A stretch of 64,000 bases of DNA, from positions 32,001-96,000 of the forward strand of contig CAZETU010000003.1 in the NCBI GenBank assembly GCA_964514585.1, given 5' to 3'. Under the pieces are notes generated by a model. The model was given only the letters and a program-made list of their open reading frames with translations, searched no databases and was not told the origin of the DNA. Numbering within the stretch: the first letter of the stretch is position 1; the number at the start of each line of letters is the position of its first letter. Below, one piece after another: positions 28,283 to 36,654 of this stretch. A program made the translations under genes and the position numbers. The DNA is from Candidatus Woesearchaeota archaeon (GTDB taxonomy: Archaea > Nanobdellota > Nanobdellia > Pacearchaeales > GW2011-AR1).

Positions 28283-29128
28283 TTAGTTGATGAAGATTGT
28301 TCCTTTTAGAATTAAATCTCTGAATGTAATTGATGTGGCGTTAAGTTTGTCGATTTCTTCTAGGAGTTTTATGTATTCGGCATATTTTTCTGGGTTGTGA
28401 TTCTTTTTTGAGTCGGTGTAATCTTGAGGGTGGAGCATTATTATACAGAGTCCTTTTTCGTCTAGAGCGTCGCTGCATTCTTCTATTACAGTGTCTATAG
28501 ATTCTAGTTTTTTATTGTCCCAATCGTATGTTGAGGAACTGAATCCATATTCGTCTGAGTTATGGCCTGCGGATATGAATTTGATTCCGTGTTTTTTTAG
28601 TGCCGGGAATGTTCCTTGTGAGATTGTATTATCTGGTGGAATAAATGTAACTATGTCTTTTTCAATTTCATTTAAGATTATTAGCCCTTTGTTGATTTTT
28701 TTCTCTGCTTTTGAGAAGCTTAGGTTTCGGAATTCTCTATATGTGTGTTCGTAGCCGTGAAGCGCTATTTCGACCTTGCATTTTTTTTCTTGGAGGAGTT
28801 TTATTATCTCGATATCTTCAAAAATTCCGCCAGAGATTCCTGGGATTACTCCGAGAACTAGGGTTTTGTTTCTTTCTAGTGCATCTTCAACCATTTTTAT
28901 TTGGGTTTCTCTCCATGTGAAAGCTTGGATGTCGTCGATTCTTAAAATTATGTTTCTTTCTCCGGGTGCGTGCCAGATTCTTTCGCATTTGAGATTTATT
29001 CCTTTTACTTGGACTGATGAAGTCATTCCGAATAAGCTGATGATCATGGCAGTAGATACTAAGATTATTAATGCGGCGGAAGTGGTGATTTTGATTACGG
29101 GTAAAAATTTCATCTTCTGAGAATCCAC
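28283..29128 (-). CDS. Membrane-anchored polysaccharide deacetylase (DUF2334/NodB-like)
   Basis: LRIDD, VLGVIP, IALHGYEH, TFIPP and MLHPQD motifs. Confidence 0.85.
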   Translation of the reverse strand: MDSQKMKFLPVIKITTSAALIILVSTAMIISLFGMTSSVQVKGINLKCERIWHAPGERNIILRIDDIQAFTWRETQIKMVEDALERNKTLVLGVIPGISGGIFEDIEIIKLLQEKKCKVEIALHGYEHTYREFRNLSFSKAEKKINKGLIILNEIEKDIVTFIPPDNTISQGTFPALKKHGIKFISAGHNSDEYGFSSSTYDWDNKKLESIDTVIEECSDALDEKGLCIIMLHPQDYTDSKKNHNPEKYAEYIKLLEEIDKLNATSITFRDLILKGTIFIN

Positions 29129-29207
29129 GATGACAAGTGGAATATTTTATCAATTATGATAATTGAAAGGTTCACGATTAAACTGATTCCGCCGACTGGA
29201 AATAACA

Positions 29208-30365
29208 TCAGTATCTATCCGCCTTTTGCCATTGCAAATTTCGTTTATTTAGTATTATTTCTTTGAAGAAACTTCCGACGAAGATGCTTTTGTCAGCTAG
29301 GCCTAGGAAATAATGATGGGGAAGATAAAGGTATAAAGAGTATTTTTTATATTTGAAAATTCCGTATGAAAGGCAGATGGAAACGATGAGGAATTGGAGT
29401 AATAGAAGGTACGCGAAATATTTGATTCCTATGAATACTAGTAGAGGGGCGAAGAGAAATAGTGCTCCCATTAGAAAACCTTCGACGTAAATTAAAGAAA
29501 GCATTAGAGCATTGTTGGGTTTGGAGAATATTTTGACGTTCTTTTTGAGACATGTCCAACCGCCGGAATACCATCGGTAGAGTTGTTTGAAATATGACTT
29601 TAGGTTGTTTGGATCTTGAGTGTAGACGATTGCTTGGTTGTTGAAGTCTAATTTTTTGTTGGCTAGTTTTAATTTGTAGGTGAAATCTAAATCTTCTGTT
29701 ACGGTGTCGTGATCAAATGTAACTATTTTTTTGAATTCTTCTGTTTTGAATCCAGAGGCACATCCCGATAGAACGAATAGGGCTGAGATTGCTATTTGTG
29801 CCTTTTTGTAAATTGTTTGTCCGATGAGGTAGTTTATTTCTCTGACTTTTGTAATCCAGTTTCCTTTTTCTGATTCTACCATGCCGCAAACAGCGACAAT
29901 GTCTTTTTCGTAGAAGCTTTTGAGAATTTGGAAGACGAAATTCTTATCTAATCTTGTGTCAGCATCTACTGTAATAAAAATGTCCGTGTCTACATATTTT
30001 AACCCAACCTCTTGTGCTTTAGATTTGTTTCCTGTGTTTTTTTCTAAGTTTACTATTTTTATTCTGTTTCCAAATGATTTTAATATTTTTAGCGTATTAT
30101 CTGTGGAGCCGTCGTTGACGACAATAATTTTATCTGGTGGTCTGGTTTGTCTGAGGCAAGAGGTGATGCATTTTTCTATTGATTTTTCTTCGTTGTGGGC
30201 TGGGATGAGAACTGAGACGGTCCATGATCCGCTGATTAGGTTTTTATTTTTCAGGGGCACGACTTCTTTCTTTCTTTCGTTTTGTGTGATAAATACGAGG
30301 ATGATGCAGAATACAACTAAGACAATCATAAGATTCAGAACGCTCATCCAGAAAGAAAGGCTCAT
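29208..30365 (-). CDS. Processive GT2 glycosyltransferase (PgaC/IcaA-like)
   Basis: NDGSTD, VDADT, TED and QLYRW (QxxRW) motifs, with flanking TM helices. Confidence 0.9.
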   Translation of the reverse strand: MSLSFWMSVLNLMIVLVVFCIILVFITQNERKKEVVPLKNKNLISGSWTVSVLIPAHNEEKSIEKCITSCLRQTRPPDKIIVVNDGSTDNTLKILKSFGNRIKIVNLEKNTGNKSKAQEVGLKYVDTDIFITVDADTRLDKNFVFQILKSFYEKDIVAVCGMVESEKGNWITKVREINYLIGQTIYKKAQIAISALFVLSGCASGFKTEEFKKIVTFDHDTVTEDLDFTYKLKLANKKLDFNNQAIVYTQDPNNLKSYFKQLYRWYSGGWTCLKKNVKIFSKPNNALMLSLIYVEGFLMGALFLFAPLLVFIGIKYFAYLLLLQFLIVSICLSYGIFKYKKYSLYLYLPHHYFLGLADKSIFVGSFFKEIILNKRNLQWQKADRY

Positions 30366-30536
30366 TTTTCACCTATAGTATAATGCGAATTTTTTATTTA
30401 AACCTTATTACTACTTGTTTTGGATGAAAATTGACAAATTACGAGATAGGCACAGCTTTTTAAACTATGAATTGGTTTTTTATTATATTGTTAGAATTAT
30501 CTTGGCAAAAGTTGCCCAATCCTTTCGGTATAATAG

Positions 30537-30749
30537 ATGAAAGGAGATACAAGTAATATGGAAAGAAGATTCGACAATAGAAGAAATGATTCTGGTAGAC
30601 GGAACAATAACTTTAGTAGAGCACCACGAGAAATGCACAAAGCAATATGCTCGGGATGTAAGAAAGAATGTGAAGTACCGTTTAAGCCTACTGAAGGACG
30701 AGACGTTTTTTGTCAAGAGTGTTTTAAGAAAAACAACCCTCGAAATTAA
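30537..30749 (+). CDS. CxxC-x17-CxxC zinc-finger protein
   Basis: REMHKAICSGCKKECEVPFKPTEGRDVFCQECF. Confidence 0.9.
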   Translation: MKGDTSNMERRFDNRRNDSGRRNNNFSRAPREMHKAICSGCKKECEVPFKPTEGRDVFCQECFKKNNPRN

Positions 30750-30786
30750 GATTTAATTAGAGGCATAATTTTTATTTTTTTATTGG

Positions 30787-31350
30787 TTAGTTTATATTGA
30801 ATTCTAAGGTTTTGGAATCATAGAAGGTCTTGTCTTTTGTGATGATGAAATTGTATTTAATGTTGCAGCTTGGGGCGTCTTCTGGGAATGAGAAATAGAC
30901 TGTCATGTGGTCGATCCATCCTTTTGGTATTTTTCCGAAGCTAGTCCATCCTCTTTCTATCCAGGTTTTAGCTTCGGTTGCTGTTATTCCGCAATTCTTT
31001 GCAGTGTTTTCATCGGCACTCCAGTTAAATTCGAAATAGTTTTCTCCTGAAGGGTTTGGATTATTTAGGGCGTATGCGACTCCGAATTTTTGTCCTTTTG
31101 AGACGTTAATATATCCTGTCGGTGGAAGGTAGAATGCTGTTTTGCTGTTTGGATCAATCATTGAGTTTAGGTTTTTTTTTACATCTTCTTCAATATAATC
31201 ATAGTTATATTTGTTCCAGTCTATAATTTCTTCTTTGACTTCTTTTATTTGTGTGATTTCTTTTTCTTGGGGTTTCTTGTTTATTGAGAATAAGATTATT
31301 GCTATGATTATTACGATTGTTCCAATTAGAATTATTTTCTTTTTTTGCAT
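30787..31350 (-). CDS. Hypothetical exported protein
   Basis: N-terminal TM helix, beta-rich body, two Cys. Confidence 0.6.
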   Translation of the reverse strand: MQKKKIILIGTIVIIIAIILFSINKKPQEKEITQIKEVKEEIIDWNKYNYDYIEEDVKKNLNSMIDPNSKTAFYLPPTGYINVSKGQKFGVAYALNNPNPSGENYFEFNWSADENTAKNCGITATEAKTWIERGWTSFGKIPKGWIDHMTVYFSFPEDAPSCNIKYNFIITKDKTFYDSKTLEFNIN

Positions 31351-31430
31351 GGAGGTAGATTGCTAGAGGGGTTTTTAATTTCTGTGTTTGTCAGCGAATA
31401 GTATTTAAACGTAGAGAATATTGTTATTTT

Positions 31431-31763
31431 ATGAGAGAGGTGAAACGTCCGTGGGGAGACGAAAAACATTTTGTAAGAAATATGAAATGTACGATAAAAA
31501 TTTTGACTGTTCAGCCAAATCAAATTTTGAGTTTGCAAAAACATAAGAAGCGAAAAGAACAGTGGTATTTTTTAACAGATGGCTGGGTGCAGCTTGGGAC
31601 TAAAAAGAAAAAAATCAAGAAAGGTGAAATAGTGACTATTCGAAAGATGCAGGCGCATCGGATTTTTGCGAAAAAGAGCGAGGTGAAAGTTTTGGAGATT
31701 TCTTATGGGACGTTTGATCAGAAAGATGAGATAAGATTGGAGGATGTTTATGGTCGGGCGTAA
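31431..31763 (+). CDS. Cupin mannose-6-phosphate isomerase (type II C-terminal-like)
   Basis: RPWG, LSLQKHKKRKEQW, HRI and LEISYG.FDQKDEIRLEDVYGR motifs. Confidence 0.88.
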   Translation: MREVKRPWGDEKHFVRNMKCTIKILTVQPNQILSLQKHKKRKEQWYFLTDGWVQLGTKKKKIKKGEIVTIRKMQAHRIFAKKSEVKVLEISYGTFDQKDEIRLEDVYGRA

Positions 31764-32574
31764 GAAAATAATTGCTATTGATTTAGGGGGGACCAATCTT
31801 CGGATTGCGATTATTGAGAATAGGAAGATTTTGAAGTATTTGAAAGTAAAGACGCCTAGAGTGGCTCCTGAAATAAAGAAGAAAATTTTTGAGTTGGTTG
31901 GAAATTATATGTCTAAGGAAATTAAGGGAATTGCTGTTGCTTCGCCTGGGCCGTTGAAAGATGGGACGATTAAGAATCCGCCGAATTTGCCGTTGAGAAA
32001 TTATAATTTAAAGAAGGAATTGGAGAAAAGGTTTGGGGTTTCTGCTGTGGTCAAGAATGATGCGGATTGTGTTGCTTTTGCTGAGTTGGAGCTTGGTTGC
32101 AAAAAGAAGAATTTTATTTTATTGACTCTTGGGACGGGGATTGGTGGCGGAATAATTATGGATGGAAAGCTTTATCGAGGAGAAGGTTATGGTGGTGAGT
32201 TGGGTCATATAATTTTGGATCATGGTAAAAATTTTGAGGAGTTAGCTGCTTCGAAGAGACTGGGGAGATTGACGAAGAAAACTTTTGGGAAGAAAATGTT
32301 GTTTAGTGACTTGATGAGGATGGAAGATGCTAGGGCGAAGAAACTTCTTTATGAGTTTACTGAATATTATGGGCAGGGAATTGCGTCGCTGATTCATTGT
32401 TTTGATCCTGAGGCCGTTATTTTGGCTGGAGGAGTTAGGGAATGTGGAGATGATTTTTTGAAAATGATTAGGAAGCACTCTCAGAAATATTTTCGATTGC
32501 CTAAGAAAACACCGATTCGTTGGAGTAAATTAAATCATCCGGGAGTGTTGGGGGCGAGTTTGTATTTAGAATGA
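31744..32574 (+). CDS. ROK-family sugar kinase (paralog of 7992-8798)
   Basis: AIDLGGT, NDAD, LGTGIGGG and GELGH motifs. Confidence 0.9.
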   Translation: MFMVGRKKIIAIDLGGTNLRIAIIENRKILKYLKVKTPRVAPEIKKKIFELVGNYMSKEIKGIAVASPGPLKDGTIKNPPNLPLRNYNLKKELEKRFGVSAVVKNDADCVAFAELELGCKKKNFILLTLGTGIGGGIIMDGKLYRGEGYGGELGHIILDHGKNFEELAASKRLGRLTKKTFGKKMLFSDLMRMEDARAKKLLYEFTEYYGQGIASLIHCFDPEAVILAGGVRECGDDFLKMIRKHSQKYFRLPKKTPIRWSKLNHPGVLGASLYLE

Positions 32575-33440
32575 GCGTGAAAAAAGTTCGGGCGCCGATT
32601 AGGGTAGATTTTGGTGGTGGGACTACTGATATTTATCCGTTTACACATACGCATGGCGGGGCTGTTTTGAATTGTGGGATTGATCGTTATGTCGTTGGTA
32701 AACTTGTTGCTACGGATGAAAGTGTTCACTTGGAATATACTGGCAATTCTCCGACTTCGAGTGGGCTTGGAACTAGTGGAGTTATGAATTTGGTTTGGTT
32801 GGCGCTGATTAGTCAGATTAAGATGAAGAGGAAGGGTGGAGTTTCTTATAAAAATCGAATGGAGTTAGCCGCTAAGGTTTATGGGATTGAGCAGTCGATG
32901 GGTTTGGTTGGCGGGAAACAGGATCAGTATGCTGCGGCTTTTGGTGGGATTAATTATATTGAGTTTAATGGGGATGAGGTTAAGTTGGAGCAATTGAAAT
33001 TGTCGTCGGCCTTTGTGAAAAAACTTGAGAGTAAGTTAGTTTTGGTTTATACTGGTAAGCCGCATTTTTCTGGGAGTACAAATAAATCTATGATGGATGA
33101 TTTGAAGAAGGGTAAGAATACTGGGAATCTTGTTCGGATTAAGGGGATTGCCAAGGAAATGAGAGATGCCTTGAAGAAAGAAGATTTGCATAAGTTTGCG
33201 TCGTTGATGAATGAAGAAACTGAAGAGAGAAAGAAGTTACATAAGGGTATTGTTGGGTCGCAGTTACAAAAGTTTATTGACAAGGGTTTTAAGAATGGTG
33301 TGATTGCTGCGAAGGTTTGTGGAAGTGGTGGCGGTGGGAGTGTTTTGTTTTTTACGGATGAGAGAGATCGGTTAATTAAGGCGTTCGGGGAAAATGTTAT
33401 AGATTTTAAATTTGATTTTGGGGGATTGTCATGGGTGTAA
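32571..33440 (+). CDS. GHMP-family sugar kinase (HddA/fucokinase-like)
   Basis: APIRVDFGGGTTD, SSGLGTSG, GGKQDQYAAAFGG and KVCGSGGGG motifs. Confidence 0.85.
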   Translation: MSVKKVRAPIRVDFGGGTTDIYPFTHTHGGAVLNCGIDRYVVGKLVATDESVHLEYTGNSPTSSGLGTSGVMNLVWLALISQIKMKRKGGVSYKNRMELAAKVYGIEQSMGLVGGKQDQYAAAFGGINYIEFNGDEVKLEQLKLSSAFVKKLESKLVLVYTGKPHFSGSTNKSMMDDLKKGKNTGNLVRIKGIAKEMRDALKKEDLHKFASLMNEETEERKKLHKGIVGSQLQKFIDKGFKNGVIAAKVCGSGGGGSVLFFTDERDRLIKAFGENVIDFKFDFGGLSWV

Positions 33441-34525
33441 AAGTTAAACGGAAGTTGCTTATGGGTCCCTCTAAGAATAAGTGGGAGGCTCGAGCTGTTT
33501 TGAATCCAGCGGTTGTGCAGGACAAAGATGGAACCGATCATATTTTTTATAGAGCGGTTGCAAAGAATTGGGTTTCGAGTATTGGTTATGCGAAAGTCAA
33601 GAATGGGAAAGTTGAACGATTTAATGAGCCTTTGTTGAGTCCGACAAAAAGTTATGAGAAGATGGGGCTTGAGGATCCGCGGGTTACAAAGATTGGAGAT
33701 ACTTATTATATGTTGTATACGGCGTTTGATGGAGCCGATGCAAGGATTGCTTATGCGGTTTCGAAGGATTTGAAGAAATGGAAGAGGAAGGGAATTATTA
33801 GCCCAAGTGTTCCTGTGAGAGATGCTCGGAAGTTGGTTAAGATTAAGAAATATCGAGATAAGTGGAAAGGTCAAGAAGTTGGTGGATCGCGAGATGCACT
33901 TTGGGATAAAGATGCTGTTTTATTTCCGAGGAAGATTGGTGGGAAGTTTGTGATGTTGCATAGGTTTTTGCCGGATGTTCAGATTGTTAAGTTTAAGAAT
34001 TTTTCAGAATTAAAGAGTAATCAGTTTTGGAAGAAATATATTGGTAATTTAAGTGAGGGCAGGGATGATGTTTCTTTATATCGACGGTATAGTTGGGAGG
34101 ATCAGCATATTGGAGCTGGGGCGCCTCCGATTGAGACGAAGAAAGGGTGGCTTTTGATTTATCATGGGGTTAATTTAAATAGGGAGAAGGCGACGCTTAA
34201 GATGAAAGCGAAGGGATGGTATAATTTTAAGAAATTTCTTTATAAAAATAGAGAGAAAAGGTTGCCTCTGGTTTATCATGCTGGGGCTGCGTTGTTAGAT
34301 TTAAAGAAGCCGGAGATGGAGATAACTCGATTGAAAGAACCTTTGTTTTCGCCGACACATTCTTGGGAGAGGAAAGGGGATGTTAGTAATGTAGTTTTTC
34401 CTGAGGGGGCGACCCTTAATGGGGATAAGTTGAAGATATATTATGGGTGTGCGGATACTAAAATTGGCGTGGCGGAAGTTAGTCTTAAGGAACTTCTTAG
34501 TCATTTGAAGAAGCCGAAGTATTAG
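33431..34525 (+). CDS. GH130-family glycosidase/mannoside phosphorylase
   Basis: LNPAV, GLEDPRV, KDAVLFP, IGAGAPPI and NVVFPEG...YYGCAD motifs. Confidence 0.88.
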   Translation: MGVKVKRKLLMGPSKNKWEARAVLNPAVVQDKDGTDHIFYRAVAKNWVSSIGYAKVKNGKVERFNEPLLSPTKSYEKMGLEDPRVTKIGDTYYMLYTAFDGADARIAYAVSKDLKKWKRKGIISPSVPVRDARKLVKIKKYRDKWKGQEVGGSRDALWDKDAVLFPRKIGGKFVMLHRFLPDVQIVKFKNFSELKSNQFWKKYIGNLSEGRDDVSLYRRYSWEDQHIGAGAPPIETKKGWLLIYHGVNLNREKATLKMKAKGWYNFKKFLYKNREKRLPLVYHAGAALLDLKKPEMEITRLKEPLFSPTHSWERKGDVSNVVFPEGATLNGDKLKIYYGCADTKIGVAEVSLKELLSHLKKPKY

Positions 34526-35580
34526 AATAATTTGTAATTTGGTTTTCCTGTGATTTGGTCTTGTGAGTAATTTTTACAGAGATCTATTAAGATGTCTTCG
34601 TGGGTCACTGCCAAGTTCATGATTGTGTCGCAGCCGCCGTAGTAAATTAGGATTGTTTTGTTTTTCTTTTTTATTGCGCCACAACTGAAGATGACGTTGG
34701 GAACGTGGACATATTCGGTTTCTTTTATTCTGCAATCGGCCTTTGTGGGGAATAGGATGGGGATGTTGGATACTTGGATTTTTTTAGGATTTTTTAGGTC
34801 GTGTAAGGCGACTGATAGAACGTAATTTGTTCCTGCCATTGTTGTTCTTGCTCCGTGGAATATATTTAGCCAACCTTTTTTTGTTTTGATTGGTGTGGCG
34901 CCTGGTCCGATTTTGTCTGAGATGGCACTTGGACCTTTTGGAGATTGAATAACTGGACCTTTTGAAAGAATCCATTTATTTAAATTGAGATTACTGCAGG
35001 TTCCAATGAATATTTGTTTGTATTTTGTTCCGAATTCTTTTTTTGAATCGTTTAACCTAAATAGAGCGTAATATTTGTTGTTGATTTTTTCTGGGAAAAT
35101 GACTGCGTTTCTTGATTTTTCGTTTGTCATTGGTCCGAGTCGTAAGAATTTTTTGAAGTCGCGTGTTTTTGCTAAACAGACTCTTGGTTTGTTTTTGTTG
35201 GTGTAGCCGCTATAGGTTATGTAATAGGAGTTGTTTATTTTTACGATTCTTGGGTCTTCGATGCCGCCGAGTTCATAGGTTTTTTCTGGAACCATAGTTG
35301 GTCCTTCGCTTATTTTCCATTTGTCGATGCCATTTTTGCTTATTGCGGTACCTAAGACGGAGATTCCATTTTTCAAGTGGCTTCTGAAAAGTATTAGTAT
35401 TTTACCGTCGTATTCTGTGATCCCTGCGTTGTGAACTGTTTTTACTTGGAATTTGGTATCTTTCCAAACATCATTGACTTGCCTCGGTGTTATTATTGGA
35501 TTTTTCTTGAGGCGATAAACAGGTTTATTAGAATTAAGAGTTATATTTCTGTTGTTGAATTTTACTTTTTTGGTTAAAAT
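34522..35580 (-). CDS. Second GH130-family protein with no canonical start upstream of its conserved N-terminus (ATT at 35580 proposed)
   Basis: Frame is open from 35592. NPIITP...VHNAG..EYDGKILILFRS lies upstream of the first TTG (35376). A GGTG SD precedes the ATT. Further motifs: EDPRI, RNAVIFP, KIGPGATP, NVIFSCG. Confidence 0.75.
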   Translation of the reverse strand: MLTKKVKFNNRNITLNSNKPVYRLKKNPIITPRQVNDVWKDTKFQVKTVHNAGITEYDGKILILFRSHLKNGISVLGTAISKNGIDKWKISEGPTMVPEKTYELGGIEDPRIVKINNSYYITYSGYTNKNKPRVCLAKTRDFKKFLRLGPMTNEKSRNAVIFPEKINNKYYALFRLNDSKKEFGTKYKQIFIGTCSNLNLNKWILSKGPVIQSPKGPSAISDKIGPGATPIKTKKGWLNIFHGARTTMAGTNYVLSVALHDLKNPKKIQVSNIPILFPTKADCRIKETEYVHVPNVIFSCGAIKKKNKTILIYYGGCDTIMNLAVTHEDILIDLCKNYSQDQITGKPNYKLF

Positions 35581-35593
35581 TTTGCACCTTTTT

Positions 35594-36634
35594 TTATTTA
35601 TCTTTATCTTTTAGAGTCAAGATTTTATTATAAACCTTTAGATATCCTTCGACCATTTTTTCAACGCTGAATTTTTCGACCGCTTCGATTCGGCAATCGA
35701 TTCTATTAATGTTGTCGATTTTTTTTACTGCTTCTACGGCTTCATCGATGTTATTTACTATAAATCCCGTTTTTCCGTCATTAATGACTTCCTTTATTGA
35801 TCCTTTGTCAAATCCGATTACGGGAGTTCCGCAAGCGAATGATTCTGGCATTATTAATCCAAATCTTTCGGGGCGCATTACTGGATGAAGTGTTGCAAGA
35901 GCATTGCCAAGCAATTCGTTTCTTTTTTCTGGGTTTACGGGTCCAATGAATTTTATTTGTTCTCCGTCGATAAATGGTTCGATATATTTTTTGAAGTAAT
36001 CTTTTTCCTGAATTATTCCGGCGATAATTAATTTTTTGTTTGATTTTTTGGCTATTTGGATGCATTCATATGTTCCTTTTTCGTAGCAAATTCTTCCGAG
36101 AAAAACTAAGTAGTCTCCTCCAGCGGGGTTGTAGTTGAATTCGTCTATATTGATTCCATTGTGAACTGTGTCGACGTAGTCTAGTTTTTCATGTCTATCT
36201 GAATCGCTTATGGAAACATAGTGTGTGTTTTCGTTATATTTTTCGTAGATTGGGTAGATTTCTGGAGAAGAGAATCCGTGAATTGTTGTGAGAATTGGAG
36301 TCTTTGTGAGTTTAGAAAATGTTAGGGGGGTGAAGTCGAAATGATTGTGGATTATATCGAAATCATCGGCACGTTCAAAAATTTCTGAGATATGTAAGAG
36401 TCGCCAGACGTCTGAGTTGATTGATTTGTCTTCTTCGTATCCTGTGTGACATACTGCGTGTAAATCTCCTTCAGTGATGCTTTCTTTTGTTGCGAATAAG
36501 GTTACTTCGTGGCCTCTTTTTACTAGTCCTTCTGCTATATTACTTGCAACTAATTCCCATGGACCGTAATCTCTTGGAGGAGTTCTCCAGGCAATTGGAG
36601 ACAGAATAGCAATTTTTAATTTTTTTCTTTCCAT
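35594..36634 (-). CDS. GT4 glycosyltransferase
   Basis: PPRDYGPWE, IHNH, FLGRICYEKG and ERFGLIMPESFACGTP motifs. Confidence 0.9.
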   Translation of the reverse strand: MERKKLKIAILSPIAWRTPPRDYGPWELVASNIAEGLVKRGHEVTLFATKESITEGDLHAVCHTGYEEDKSINSDVWRLLHISEIFERADDFDIIHNHFDFTPLTFSKLTKTPILTTIHGFSSPEIYPIYEKYNENTHYVSISDSDRHEKLDYVDTVHNGINIDEFNYNPAGGDYLVFLGRICYEKGTYECIQIAKKSNKKLIIAGIIQEKDYFKKYIEPFIDGEQIKFIGPVNPEKRNELLGNALATLHPVMRPERFGLIMPESFACGTPVIGFDKGSIKEVINDGKTGFIVNNIDEAVEAVKKIDNINRIDCRIEAVEKFSVEKMVEGYLKVYNKILTLKDKDK

Positions 36635-36654
36635 GATTAGTTGTGATGAGGAGT

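Noticed and set aside
27796-31350. Genomic island integrated at tRNA-Gly
   Set aside because: No duplicated tRNA 3' end and no integrase were seen in the window.
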